Part shown: piece by piece, positions 22,539 through 35,989 of the stretch | Position numbering within the stretch: position 1 is the first letter of the stretch | Layout of the letters: each line of letters starts with the position of its first letter | Assembly: GCA_013239625.1 (NCBI GenBank) | Contig: MU054400.1 | Span: forward strand, 293,146 to 357,145 | DNA length: 64,000 bases | Direction of reading: 5' to 3' | DNA from: Lama guanicoe | Lineage: Eukaryota | The notes under the pieces: model-generated | Told to the model about the DNA's origin: nothing | Seen by the model: only the letters and a program-made list of their open reading frames with translations | The model's database searches: none | Position numbers and translations under genes: made by a program

Positions 22539-24279
22539 AAAATGAAACCGAAAGCTGGTTCTTTGAAAAGATCAATAAAACAAATAAGACTTTGGTCAGA
22601 CTAAGGGAAAAATAGAGAGAACACAAATTACTAATATCAGAAATGAAAGAGGGGATATTACTACAGATCCCACGGACATTAAAAGGATAATAAAGGAATG
22701 CTATGAACAACTGTATACTTACAGATTGGAAAACCTAAATGAAATGGACCAATTCCTTGACAGACACAATTTGCCAAAACTCACACAAGAAGAAACAGAC
22801 AAGAAGAATAGGCCTTTATCTATTGAAGAAATTGAATCAATAAGTAATAAGCTTACAAAACAGAAAGCACCAGGCCCAGATTCAGTCACTAATAAATTCT
22901 ATCAAATATTTAAAGACAGAATTATATCAATTCTCTACAACCTCTTTCAGTAGATAGAAGCAGAGGAAATACTTCCTAAATTATTCTATGAGGCAAAATT
23001 ACCCTAATAGCAATACCAAAGATCTAAAAAAGAAAACCGTAGACCAGTATCTCTCATGAACATAGATGCAAAATACTCAACAAAATGTTAACACATTTTA
23101 TCTGACAATGTATAAAAAGAGTTACATATCACAACCAAGTGGGATTTATCCTAGGTATACACAGCTAGTTCAGCATTCAAAATTAATTAACATAATCCAT
23201 CACATCGGCAAGCTAAAGAAGGAAAATCAGATGATCATCTCAATAGGTGCAGAAAAAGGGTTTGAAAAACCGAGCAATCATTCATGATAAACACTGGAAG
23301 CAAACAGGAATGGGGAATGGCCCTAACTTGATAAAGAACATTTAGGAAAACCTACAGCTAACATCATACAGTTAACACGTTACCATCACTAAAGGTGAGA
23401 GACTAGCTTTCCTGCTAAGATCAGGAACAAGGCAAGACTGTCCCCTTTTACCACTCCTTTTCAGCACTGTACTGGAAGTCCTAGCTAATGCAATAAGACA
23501 AAGAAAGTAAGCAAAAGGCACACCGGGAAGGAAGAAATCAAACTCTTTGTTCACAGATGACGTGGTTTTCTATGCAAAAAATCCAAAAGAATCAACCGAA
23601 AAAACTCCTGGAACTAATAAGCAATTCTACCAAGATCTCATGATAAAAAGTTAATCTATAAAAGTCACTTTCCCATATACCAGCAATGAACAGATAGAAT
23701 TTGAAATTAAAAATATAATATCATTTGCGTTAGCACCCAAACAATGAAATTCTAAGGTATAACTCTAACGAGATATGTACAAGATCTATATGAAGAAAAC
23801 TATAACACTTTGATAAAGAAAAAGAACTGAATAAATGGAGAGAGAGTCCCTGTACAAGGGTAAGAAGACTCAATGATGTCAAGATGTCAGTTCTTCCCAA
23901 CTTAATCTATAGATTCAATGCCATCCAAATCAAAAAAACCAGCAAATTATTTTGTGGACACTGACAAACTGACTCTAAAGTTTACATGGAGAAGCAAAAG
24001 ACCCAGAATAGCCAACTCAGCACTGAAGGAGAAGAACAAAATTGGAGGACTGACACTACCTGACTTCAAGACTTACTATAATTCTACAATAATCAAGATA
24101 GCGTAGTATTGGTGAAAGAATAGACAAACAGATCAATGGAACAGAACAGAGAGCCCAGAAATAGACTCTGAGATGAGTTGCCATTCACAAATTACATAGC
24201 TCAAAATTCTTAGTAAATACGTATTCACTACAAAAACCATCTTTTTGAAAGACCACAAGCCACTGGACCAACATCAAGA

Positions 24280-25100
24280 TGATTAAGACACAATCCCTGC
24301 TCTCCACACGCCTTCAATCTAAGTAAAGAACACAAGGGTAAAAGGTAAGTACACAAACCACTATCCGGTGAGGTGACTGAAAGGGAGCTTTCCTGAGATG
24401 TGACCATGACGGTGATGTTGGGTTTCAAAGGGAGAGGTTTCATCAGGCTTCACGGAGGAGCGAAGGTTTGGGAACGTCAACCCACGGAGCTGGGGAGAGC
24501 ATAGTGAGTGCAGGGAAGAGCAAAGGCAAGGGTGTGAATCCCAGGAAGCAAAGGAGTTGTTCTGGAAACAACAAGGGAAGCATAAGGAACAAGCAGTGGG
24601 AAAGGAAGGTGGAGAGGAACGTGAGGCCCACCTCAGAGAAGCAGGTACTGTGGCATTAAAGGACAGGCACTTGCAGCACCACACTGCGTGGGCTCACATC
24701 CCCATTCTGCCTCTTGCTAGATTTGCCACCTTATGTATAACTTTTCTGTACCTCAGTTTCTTCAGCTGTAAAATGGGGACAATAATAGTGCCTGCCTCAG
24801 AGGGTTATGAGAATGAAGTGGATTAATGTGTGTAAAGTACTTAGAGCAATGCAGCAAACGCAGCATGTGTGACAGGTGCCAACATTACGACCACAGAGGG
24901 TCTGAGAAGCCAGAATGAAGTGTCCGCACTCAATTTGGACAAAGAGCCAGGGAAGCTTTTCTGAGCTGGGAGCCAGTAAAATTAGACCTGGATTTTAAGA
25001 GGATAAGTCTGGCAAGCTGTAAGGGATGGAAAGAGATGCGGGTGGAGGTGCGGAGGGGGTGGGAAGTGAACACAGTGCAAGTAAAGGGCTCCAGGCTGTG
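24280..25100 (-). mobile_element. L2 fragments split by a MIR
   Basis: agggagctttcctgagatgtgac; ggattttaagaggataagtctggcaagctg. Confidence 0.55.
24640..24880 (+). mobile_element. MIR SINE
   Basis: cctcagtttcttcagctgtaaaatggggacaataatagtgcctgcctcagagggtt. Confidence 0.8.
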
Positions 25101-28100
25101 AAGGAGGGACTGAGCGCTCTCTCTGAAGATAACGTGGGTGGTTCCGAGGGGACCCTGAGCATGTGGGTGGCTGTTTTCCCTCAGAGTCTGCCTCCTCATT
25201 CAAACCACCTGATTAAAATGTGGAGGAAATTGAAAAGGATTTAATACCTGTGGAAAGAAGATTCTACTAGTCTGAACCAAAGGATGGAAAGCAATTCTAG
25301 ATACAATAACTGGAAAACTGACCTCTAAAATCTCCCAGTGTTCCTTAGGTGGCCTGAACTACGACTAAAAGGAAATCAACAGTCTTGTTTCAAAGGACAC
25401 ACGGTTCTTCATGAGAAAAGACATATTCCTCTTCAGAAGGTGTGAGGATTGCTAAAAATCCCCTTCTATGGGCTTCCCCGGGTTCTCACTGTATGTTACT
25501 TCCAGGAGATAAAATAATTTCAATCCCTATTTAAATGCAGAAGATCACCTTTTCCACCCAAATGTAATATCTTGACAAGAGAACTTATGCAGCTAACAAT
25601 GAACCCGTCACTACTGAAGCCCCACGGGACAGCTGGGTTTGCCTGGGAACTTGGAGGAGGAGCTGATCTCGAGCTCTGGATGACCCAGGGGCCATGAATG
25701 TGGGCCACGGGGAAGCACATGGTGGGGAGCGGGTGGGGGCAGAGGCCACATTAAGGAAGGAAGCAGATGTAAAGAGGGGAGCAAGGGGCTTAGAGAATAG
25801 GTTTGCCAATCTCAAAGTCTTGTTGGAAACCAGCCCTGACGTGTTTAATGAAGCCTGCATCTGCCACTCGCACCGTGAACCTGCATCCTCACTGCCGCTT
25901 GACAGAGTGTGCTCTACTTCTGGATGCACGGACACCCCTGCCAGGCGCCTCTCCTCGCTCATCCTCCCTAGAAAAAGGAAAAAGGAAAAAGAGAGAGAAA
26001 GAGCGAGAGCAAGAGTGTGAGATCGACAGTGAAGAAGAGACCCACCGACCACGTACAGTTGAACCTTCTGTGATTTCAGATGGTCTGAAGGGAGTAGACG
26101 TCTTCCTTCCCACTGGCCCAAGATGCTGCTAAAACTTCAGAACCTCTAGGCTCCTCTGTGTTCATGGGAAGACTGTGACAGGCCACAGAAAGAGTCAGAA
26201 ACCAAATGTTGAACAGAGAAAATACTTTAAGCTGAGTTATAAGGAGGTTCATTGCTAACAACTCCAGGAATTGAATTAAGAGTTTCTCTCTGGCCTTTGA
26301 ATGGGGACAGCAGTGCCACAGGCCTCTTTGAGAATACAGCACACTTCTCACCTTCTGGCCAATAGGTGACCATTCCCCCTTTCCCCTGGGGAGGAAAGGC
26401 AGAAGCATTTAATTAGGGAAGAAATAGCCAACTCAGCCAGAAAGGGAATCATCCAGTGATCGACTGGCCAACTCATTGGACGTGACAGAGCACATCCTCA
26501 GCCTGCTCAGGAAACCCTGGGGTCCTGGGGGGCCGACATCCCCAAGAGACTGATCTTTAATTGGCTCCCCCACATCGCTGAGAGTTCGCCCGACATTCAG
26601 GGCAGAGATGACTGCTTCACGGGCACCACGACACACAGGCTGACTAATGAGTCTTGGTCACCCGCGCACACTCACTGACGCTGCCATGGCTAACGAATCC
26701 CACGTGTGCTACCAACTGCTACTTGGCCCTTCCGGCAGAGCTAAAAGGGGATGATGACCCAGCAAGTCTGAGGGCTGGCACCTTCTTTTTAGGGCAGTTC
26801 CTAAGCGGGCAGTATCCCCACGTGAAATATTAGTGCCCTGCCATCAACTGTGGATCAATAACACCCTCCTAGCTCAGGGGTCAGAGCCTCAGCCTCTCAT
26901 TCACACGGACACTGGCCTTCAGAAGCTTTCACTCTAGATTCGCTATGATACACTTTGCAAAAGAAACATCATCCACCTGTATTTGCTGATGCAATACAAC
27001 TAAACCCATCGCAAAACGAATTTCAGAGTTAAGCCACGGGAGTGAGTTGCGTTTTCTTGGGTTTTTCTATGTGGGTTACCATGGTACTCCCTCTGAACAT
27101 ATTTCATATTTTAAATACACAAAAATACTTCAGAAAGTATTTGGACAATGTCTGTAGGGAACCGCCCACAAATAAGGCACATGCATCTCACATTATTTCA
27201 TAGCTGTTTAAACTGGCTTCAAGAAGAACTTGTTTATTTAGTGTCTTACTAAGCCACACAATTGTTACTCCTGTGACTTTCCATCTGGGGGAGCTGGAGC
27301 AGAGTGAAGTGTTTCAGGTCACACCTGAGCTTTGAGCAGAGGAAGAATCGGGCTCTGGAGGAAGGAGAGACAGCAGTGCCCCTTTCCCAGGCCCATATCC
27401 CCTACAGACGGAGTCAGGATTGGAGAGCTGAAAACGTCTCTCACCTTAAGTGAGTTCAGCCTTCTGCCCCAGATGAAACCAGCTCTAAGCTAATTTTCAT
27501 TACTTTAATACAATTAATCCCATTGCCTTGTTCTAGGAAGAATTGATCGCTTTAAAATAAAACACTCAGAAGGGGAGTATCCTGGGAGTACCTCAGTAGA
27601 ATCAGTTCACAAATAGACTTGTATTATAGGAGGAGTCTCAGGTAGTGGGAGAGGACAGAGTCCAGTGGCTAGAAGATAAAAGGATGCTGAAATTAGGGGG
27701 AAAGATCTGGAAAGGCAATGGGAAAAATCAGACGTACTTCACCTGTTTCACAATTTTGCCAAGGATTGCTGGCCTCAAAGAAGGAGTGTCCCAAGAAAGG
27801 TCTAATCTGTTCAAAATGATTCAGGGATGGAGAAAACATCTATTGTATGAGCCAAAAGAAACATATGCAGGTCTTAAACAGATACGTAATTCAAAAACCC
27901 AAATGGGCTAATGTCTTGATCAAAAGTCAAAGAATTTCCAAGTTTGCTTGGGACTTTCCCCTGCTATGCAGGACAGCACACGCAACGCTGCAAATTCTAA
28001 CCAGTGAGGTTACTGGCAGCAGCGCCCACAGGACGTCAACGGCAGGTTTCCTTTAGTGCTTCTCTCACATGTATGCCTCCACCGATACAGCTAGCCGACA

Positions 28101-28569
28101 GCTACCTCGACTTGTCAGTTCCCACAACACACCAGTATGCAGTCTCCAATTTGCTCCAGGAGCTGGTATGTGCCTGAACAAACACCAACTCTAAAATATG
28201 ACCGAAGGAATCCAACTCCAAGAATCTCATCCAGTGAAGAGGTACCTCCGGGCACATCCTGGCAAACATCCTGAAGTGCTTCACATAATATCCTATACCC
28301 GAGTAGCTTTCCCCGCAATAGTTGGCTGGGGCCACTGACCTGGGAAAAAGCTACATATTCTAGAGAAAAGCAGCTATCTACTCTTTTGGGGCAGTTCTCC
28401 AGGAATGTCGGCCCTTTTCTTACACACCCTTCCCTCCGGCAGCCAGCTTTTGACTACCTGAGGTAAGAGTGGTCAGAGCAAGGATAAAGAATAAAACTAA
28501 ACCCCCATGAAGACCCTGTGCTCTCACCAAACCATTCCTTACATCCAAAATGATAGGAATCTACCTCGC

Positions 28570-28850
28570 TGGGTGCATCTCACATCATGATTTTGTCATA
28601 ACCTGTACTACTATTGAGTTAACATTTTTCTTTAAATGGACTCAAGTTAATTTTTCTTAGTGAAGGATAGCAAGGCTTATAAAAGCATCCTCATATCAAA
28701 ATGAGTTCCCTTTTTTCTTGACCTAATCAGAAGGGCAGCAAGAGAACTGAAAAGTAAATCACTTTCTCATAATGTGATTTAACAATATTTAAATCTTTAT
28801 CCTTTGACCACCTAAAATCACCTAGTAGTATGGCCCCACACTTGGCAGTG
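28570..28850. mobile_element. Possible hAT-Charlie (MER113-like) remnant
   Basis: accacctaaaatcacc...ccacacttgg terminus-like block. Confidence 0.35.
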
Positions 28851-29749
28851 AAGGGCTCTAGGAAAAGCTCAGTGCTCTCCTCCACACCTCTACACACACA
28901 CGTGTGCCACCTTCCCACACACCACCAAGGAGGAGCTCTCATCCATCCTCAAGGGCCCCAAACTGGGCCACAGCAATCAGCAGAGGTTAGAACTCAGATG
29001 GTTAAGCCAGAGGGGTTAAGTCTAGATGTGAAGTGTCCCCTTTTCTAAATCTCTTCCCAATCACTTCTGCTCAGTCCCTTCTCTCAAACCGTAGTGGATG
29101 GTCAGATAGGCCAGAGGCTGCCTCCCACTTGTCAGGGCCCCCACATTCACTCTTGACCCTCATAAACAAAAAGACAGGGGGTACCTAGAGGAGGCATGGA
29201 AAGGACAGCTGATGCCAACCTGTTCCAGGCCTTACAAAAAGGGATTCTGTTCTCCCTAGGAGTCTTTTTGGATCTTCTCTTACTTACAGCCTTAGGATCC
29301 TGGACTGGGGGAAAGGGGGCCAAGGAGGCTTCACCATGCCTTCTCCTTATCTAAGCCTTGAGCTATGGGGCAAAGGAGCCCTCCTGGCTCAGAAATGGTT
29401 CTGCTCAGCAGCAGGATCTGATGTCATTGTTCTACTCCGACACAGCCAACCTGAAACCCTGATAACAAGTGACAACACTGAGTGACCCCAACTTATGCTT
29501 ATATTAACCTGCCCACCTGATTAAATTTCATTAAGTTGGAAGAGGAGCAAAATTTGGATAATGCCAACCAGAATAATTGGTCCCTGAATAATTGTGTTAA
29601 TTGTACAACCCAATCACAAATGAACAAATATAACAAAAAGTGAATTACTTTCTGTAAAGCAGATAATAAACTTGAAAGAGCTCTTATCATTTATTTTTAT
29701 ATTGAAATTCTCATTTGAAGCCCCATCATGACTTTCCGTCATATTAATA

Positions 29750-29925
29750 ATAATTACCATTTGTTGACAATTACTCTGTGGCAGGTACCATGCTAAGATT
29801 TTAATAGCATCCCTGGGAGGTAAATAGACCCACCCCCATTTTATAGATTAGGTAACTTAGGCTAAAAGGGTTAAATGCATGCCTAAAAGAACACAGCTTA
29901 TAACTACAAAGCCAGGAGCCAATGC
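29750..29925 (-). mobile_element. MIR SINE
   Basis: ccccattttatagattaggtaacttaggct. Confidence 0.7.
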
Positions 29926-30244
29926 TTTAAACACATCAATAATGTCGCCCTAAGCCCTAAACTTCACCAGGCCCAGCAGGCCTCCCCCACTTCCACCATA
30001 AAGGTAAGTCATCGAAAGCAGAAAATGGGTGAGCTTACACTCTGTATAGAGCAGAGAACACATTATCCTAAAAGGAAGGCCTGATTTTGAGCTTTTACCA
30101 ACCCAGTAGAGGATCAGAGAAAAGGTTTTTTAGTAGAATCCTCATCTTTTGCTACTGTGTCTCTTACTTTTAGTTGAAGAGCCTCCATCAATAAAGAAAA
30201 GTGATTTGGAAAAGGGCATAGGCCCTGAGTATCATTTTTTTTTT

Positions 30245-30793
30245 TCAAAAAAGAAACTGAAATAACCTGAGTGGTAAAGCATCATAACACTCCAACTAGA
30301 AACTCTCCAGCTGGCATTTGGCTTTTGACCAAGCTGGCCTTAATCTTCCCCCCACCTTGACTACAGGCCCCTGACCTCCGTTTTCTTAGAGCATTTACTT
30401 TAGAAAACTTACAACTAAACTCTTTCTCTATACCTTTGAGATGTAAATCTTTTCCCAGCCTCTAGCCCCATTTACAACCCAGGAAAGTCTTTCTCAAGGA
30501 CCTGGGAGTCATCCCTTTGAAACGTAATCATCTAGAAAGATAATGCCCCTATCTGTGAGTCTTTGTGAGAGGGTAGGAGCCTAACTTCCTTAAGTACCAA
30601 TGAGCAAACACTGCCCAATCTCATTGACCAACCTCCCTGCAATATCCTTAGTGCTCTTTCACTCGCTCATCTCAGCGCTTAAAATGCTTCCTGTTTTGTT
30701 TCAGTAGCGTTGAATTCAATCTCTCTCCCGTATTGCAATAGTCTTGAATAGTCTTCCTTGCCTGTACAACTTTGGTGCAATTTTTCCTCGACA
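30245..30793 (+). mobile_element. MER34/MER39-like ERV1 solo LTR
   Basis: agagcatttactttagaaaactt, ctttctcaaggacctgggag, ttgaattcaatctctctccc..ttgcaatagtcttgaata; ends in CA; tttt on both flanks. Confidence 0.75.
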
Positions 30794-31198
30794 TTTTGTA
30801 TTAACTGTAACCTGTACCAACCCACCCTTTCTCCACTGGCAATGACTGTGTTTGTAGTGATGCAGGAACTGCAGATTCTCTTACAAGATGAGGAGGTAGA
30901 AATGAGTGCTTGGAGGTTACAGGTACTGAGCATGGCTGACCCATGTCTTCTACTCTCCTGTGACCAGCTATTGGGGAGACTGTAGTGAAATCATCCCAAC
31001 ATAGGCAAAAAGCACCATATTCAGCATTGCTCAGACATCCACCTCATCCCCACCCGCATCACCAGGACTACTTTCTACTTACTGGAGGTTCACTCAGGCT
31101 CATATGCAAATACCCCCTGCACTGAACTCAAACAGATCAGCCCTGGAAATGTCTGGGATCCCACTATCTTTAAGACCATGAAAAACATACAGATTACA

Positions 31199-31325
31199 GG
31201 AGGAGAGTATAGCTCAGTGGCAAGAGTGCATGCTCAGCATGCATGAGGTCCTGGGTTCAATTCCCAGTACCTCCATCATAAATACATACATACATACATA
31301 CACATGTATGTAAGACAAGACCTTT
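31199..31325 (+). mobile_element. Camelid-type tRNA-derived SINE with (TACA)n tail
   Basis: tatagctcagtgg...gaggtcctgggttcaattcccagtacctcc; degenerate TSD atacagattaca/atacagactaca. Confidence 0.88.
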
Positions 31326-32139
31326 AAAAATACAGACTACAATCAGCTCATTGAAACCTTATAAATTTCACACAATTTCCATTCAACTTGCATTGTCTTC
31401 CAGACAAAACCTCGGTGGATGTTTCCCCAACCCACAAGTCCTACTCTGGCACTGGTTCTCATCTGAGAAGTTAGGGTGCTGATGCCCTGAACTGAATCCA
31501 TTTAGATTGGATATGGAAAGTTAAAAGAAAAGGGTTTCAAAGAACTTTTTAAGACAGCAGGCAAAGGAATTACCATGTAACTTGATGTGTAGGAAAACAC
31601 ACCAACTTGTCCCTTGGAAAATCAGATCTTTAACCCGGTGCCAATGGAGGCATCTCACCCTAACTGGTTGACGCCATTCAGGAAGCTGTGTCCATAGTGT
31701 CTCCAAATAGACAGTACGTAGGCATTTTGGTCCCAACAACTCCAGCAACCACTGGCCTGGTCAGTGAGAAAATTCATGGATTCAGAATCTATAAGCCTCT
31801 GAAGCAAGCTGTAAGTCAGTCTAAGGTAAGAAAACATGACGCTACCACTTAATGTGTATGTACTATGTGTTGAGTACTTTACATTCTCATTTTGTTGGCT
31901 CATCCTAACAACTTTGAGAGGTAAACACTATCACCTGCATTTTAAGTCACACAGATAAGAGTCAAACTTGTGTTTGTTTAATTCTAAAGCCTATTCTCTT
32001 TCTGCTGTGCAATACTATGTTTAATTTGGGGGATATCTAATCAGCTTTAACTCTCGTTTCTTTGTTCCCGAAAGGAAAGCAGCCATTTGTGTAGTAGTCA
32101 GAGGAGTTGCTCTGTGGTTCAGATGACAAGCACCTTACA

Positions 32140-33750
32140 GGAAGTCTGTAAATTAACTGAGATAGAAATTGAAGGAGATTTTGTTGAGAAGTTAGTATGT
32201 TTGGTTTGGACACACGGAATCTGATGTCCACGTAGGACACCCAGCTGGAGGTGTCTCAGAGACACTTGTCAATATTAGTCTGTCGCACAGGAGAATGGTC
32301 TGGGGTAAATACAATGATTTTAGAGTTTTTGTCAAGAAAGGGTTGTTTGTAAACCATGGAAGTGGATGAAACTGCCCAGGGACAATGGAAAGAGTGAGAA
32401 GACAAGAGGGACAAAGCTCTGGAGCCAAAAGAGGAGAAGGAGCCAGCGAAGGAGACCTGAGGAAGTGGTGGCCAGAAAGGTAGGAAGGGGGAAAAGAGAG
32501 CAGTGATCGGGAAAAGTGGAGGATGGAGAAGATGGGCCATAGCGTCCCCTGCCTCAGCCAGATTAAGTGAAGTGAGAATTAGATAATGCTTCAGGGCAGA
32601 TGATGATTTGTAATGAGTTGAAGGGTTCCAGAAAGTTGGAGATGGTGGAATCACTGGAGATGACCCTAAGGAATCCAGGGTTGTAATAACAATGACTTAC
32701 TAGAACCTGGGCACCATTTACATCAGTCCCTCACCTAATCTCCATATCAGCTTCTTGAGGAAAGTACTGCTATCACCTCCATTTGATGGATAAGGAAAAT
32801 GAGGCACAAGGAAGTAAGGGAACTTACCCAAGATCTAATCTAGTAGGTAGCAACATGAGAATTTGAACCCAGGCAATCTGGTAGCAGACCCCAACTTTGT
32901 AATCCTCAAGCTAAATTGCCTCTCTTTGTCGAAAATGGAAGATAGGACTAATGTTAAGTGAAGAAAGGTACCAAGAGAGGTTTTCTGTACATGTTTGATG
33001 TTGGATGGGAAGGTTTTTGAGTATGGGTGTAGACTGAGAAAAGGGATCAGTGAAGAAAATCTAAAGATCCTAGAAAGAAAAGGAATCAATGGAACAACAT
33101 CCCAGAGGAAGAAGGCAGGATCAGAAGCAATTTCTTATCTATGATTAATTCCTCCCGTCCTCAGTGAGTACCTACATGCCAGACTCTGCTTGGCTTCAGG
33201 GACTCAGTGGTGACCTACAGAGACGGAGCCCTGAACCCAGAAAGCTTCTAGTCTGTGAGGAGACGTGAAAAATGAGAAAACAGACCAACAGAAACCATGG
33301 TTTCTGGGATATCCACGGGGTGCTGGGATAGAAAGCCATCTCCCATAGAGGGCGACATTTAAACTGAAACCTGAAGTTTGGGAAAGAGGCAGCTTTGTGG
33401 AGACGGGAGGGGAGTGGTTAAGGTGAAGAGCAGGGTGAAGGGTGGAGTGAGGGGCCTCAAGAGAGGTAAGCAAATCACTGGAGTGGCTTTTTTAAAATCC
33501 TATTGACCAGGAAATCACATTGTCTCGTGGAGATGCCTGAGCATGGTTATTTTTGAACTTCTGCAGTGCAGCCTGGGGTAAGAAATACCGTTTTAGTACC
33601 AGCATTTCTTGAAAACCACAATAAAGAGTTTGCCTTTTAGTCAGGATGCAATGGGAAGCACCCGGAGAGTTTCAAGCAGAGAAACGACACGATCACATTT
33701 ATGTTTTTAAACAATCAGGATAACTAAACGGAGGGGAAATCGGCTTTACA
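32140..33750 (-). mobile_element. Cluster of antisense L2 fragments with a MIR at ~32690-32900
   Basis: gagaaggagccagcgaaggagac; MIR ggaaaatgaggcacaaggaagtaagggaacttacccaag; L2 end cagtgagtacctacatgccagactctgct. Confidence 0.7.
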
Positions 33751-33793
33751 GGGGTGAAAGGGCAGCTCTTTCTTAAAATACGAAAGAAAGAAG

Positions 33794-34268
33794 TGTGGTA
33801 CCAACTGGCACCTGTTGAGGCCCTGCAACCCCCAAACTTCCAGCCCTTAGGCATCTGCCTGCTCCTCGTCAGAAGATAAAGCACATCGTCTCCTGACATG
33901 TGTTTGCCCTAGCAGGATTAACAGCCCTGGGAAATGGCTAACCTCACAATAGCTCAGGCTGACTTATCTCTGCCCACTTTTTCTCCTTATCGGGCTCATA
34001 ACTCCCACTACCTTGCCATATACCAAAGCTCTTTACCTCACTTACAGCCAATCAAAAATCTGCTCCCCTGTCCCTTTGTGTGCACAGCCCCTTCATCGAC
34101 AAAAGAGCCTGCACGTTCACCCTCAGCACTCGCACAGGCACCTCTGGTCTGTGTGGCCCCTGCTGCCTGTAAAGGTGTATCTATTAAACTTTCCTTCGTC
34201 TCTTAAAATTTTTGTCTCTGGTAAATTCTTCTACCACCTGTGACACCAGCCCACCATGTCCCCCAACA
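33794..34268 (+). mobile_element. ERVL-type solo LTR (MER54/MER74-like), 475 bp
   Basis: TG...CA termini, perfect 5-bp TSD AGAAG (33789-33793 and 34269-34273), CCAAT at 34048, ATTAAA at 34183. Confidence 0.85.
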
Positions 34269-35444
34269 AGAAGGAATGAAATTATTTTACAGACAAGTTG
34301 AAAGGTGAAAGGGAGAGTTCATACATAAGGACCTCGGCTGCCTCCAAAAAGGGGAAAATATACAGAACCACGGGCAGTGAATGAAGGGCATGTGGACGGT
34401 GCTCAAACAGCCAACAAGGGGGAGCAGAAAAGGAAGACACTTGGGAAAATAAAACACCTAAAGGGTAGTGCTGGGAGCCTCAGAAGGTGCCGGGAAGCAG
34501 CTCTTTTGGTGGAGCCCTTATCATGGGGCAAGGTTATGTAATCATCTCTACTGTGCAGAAGAAGAGAGTAGAATGACTGCTAGACCAACCGAGCAGTGTG
34601 AACCATTGAGCAAGTGCAAGGGGAAAACCAGGGAGCTGAGAATTCACAATAAGAAAGCATAAAAGAGACTGACCGTGGGTTCCAGGCTGTGTTAGAAAGC
34701 AAGCCAGGAGCACTGGTTAAACTGGAGCAGTTGAGGCCCTGGAGCTTTGAGGCAGCTGAAGGACAGATTTAGTGACATGGGGGAGAGGAGGGATATAAGC
34801 ATGTGGACAGCCGGTGGGGTTTCTTAAAAGGAGCAGTTTCAAGCAATGGCAAAGTCTGGGCTGTGACCACAGGAGCAGCATCACCAGCATTCAGTTCATC
34901 CATTGCCTTCTTTAGGGAGACTTGCAAGCAGACAGGTTTTAGTTTATGGACATTATGTAGATTCCAAATTAAAATTAAAAGTGCTCTGTAGTCACCAAGT
35001 ATCAGAGTGTTATTGTGAAGGGATCTGGGAAGATGGCTTCGGGTTATACGCTTGATGGTTGCCTGGCACCTTCCCTGAAGCACTTAAATCCTGAATACAA
35101 ACAACTACTGACCCATATTATCCCAGTGGGTGGGAAAGTTCTATGTAAGAGCAATTTCCACCATTATGCCATCAAGAAACTAAAATGAATGTCTCGATTC
35201 AAATTGTCACTCTGTTGCTGACACTTGATTCTTACAACCTCTGGTTATTTCTCAGTCTTGGATAAAATGCCTGTCAAGATCTCGGTTGGCCTACTACAAG
35301 ATGATTACTCATGGGTTGTTGGCTTATGTGCTTGTTTTTCCAGTCAGCTGGAGGGTCGGCTGTGGGAATTAGCAGAAAACCCAGGACTGCCTTGGAGATG
35401 TGAAGGTAAGAAGTAGGAACTGAAGCCCCAGGCACCTGGCTGTG

Positions 35445-35655
35445 AAAGGTAGCAGAGTGAAGAGTTAAGAGCACTGGCGTGGTAGTCAGACCTGGCATCA
35501 AACTCCATCTCCACCTGCCAGCTGAGTAGATGAATCCCATTCTCAGCGTCCTCTTCTGTACTATGGGCTAATAATGTCTACTTTGCCAGCTTCATTACAA
35601 AGATTAAATAAGATCAACTAGGTAAAGCACTAAACAGTTCATTAAACCATAGCTA
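35445..35655 (+). mobile_element. MIR SINE
   Basis: gttaagagcactggc...tcagacctgg...aagattaaataagat...gtaaagcact. Confidence 0.7.
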
Positions 35656-35767
35656 TGAGGAGGATGCTGGTGATGTTCTCAAATTGTATGCTTAGGACAG
35701 CGAACCACTTCCAAGCCATTGCTGAGGGGTTCTAGCCCCTCTGGAAAGCTCTCCAAAGCCAAATATG

Positions 35768-35955
35768 CAGCAGTATGTTAGTAAACCAGTTGGGAAGAGG
35801 GTGAGGGGGAGAGGAGAGCCCTGATTTGCAGTGGTTACCAATTTCCATGGTATAGATACGTCCACCATGGACTGGTTTCAAGCTACCAATGTGACATTAC
35901 TGAAAGCACATTTGACACCCAGGAATCAACGTGAGCTGGCTCCCGTACACCACTG
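35768..35955 (-). mobile_element. MER63A-like hAT-Blackjack MITE
   Basis: Reverse complement cagtggtgtacgggagccagct...gtcacattggtagcttgaaa...ccatggtgg...aaatcagggct. Confidence 0.75.
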
Positions 35956-35989
35956 AATGTTTATCTGGGAACTCCCCACAAGAGTTCTT

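Larger units (their letters stand above)
20425..24168 (+). mobile_element. Old L1 (inter-ORF region and disrupted ORF2), 3'-truncated, interrupted by an LTR and a SINE
   Basis: ORF2 remnants IVGDFSTPLSEMDR (endonuclease), ENLNEMDQFL..KAPGPD and GGLTLPDFKTYY; many stops and frameshifts. Confidence 0.93.

Noticed and set aside
21666..24106. ORFs with endonuclease/RT-like peptides as a host gene
   Set aside because: Broken pieces of a dead L1 ORF2
25585..26132. 178-aa and overlapping ORFs
   Set aside because: Run through a low-complexity GA tract; no protein family recognised
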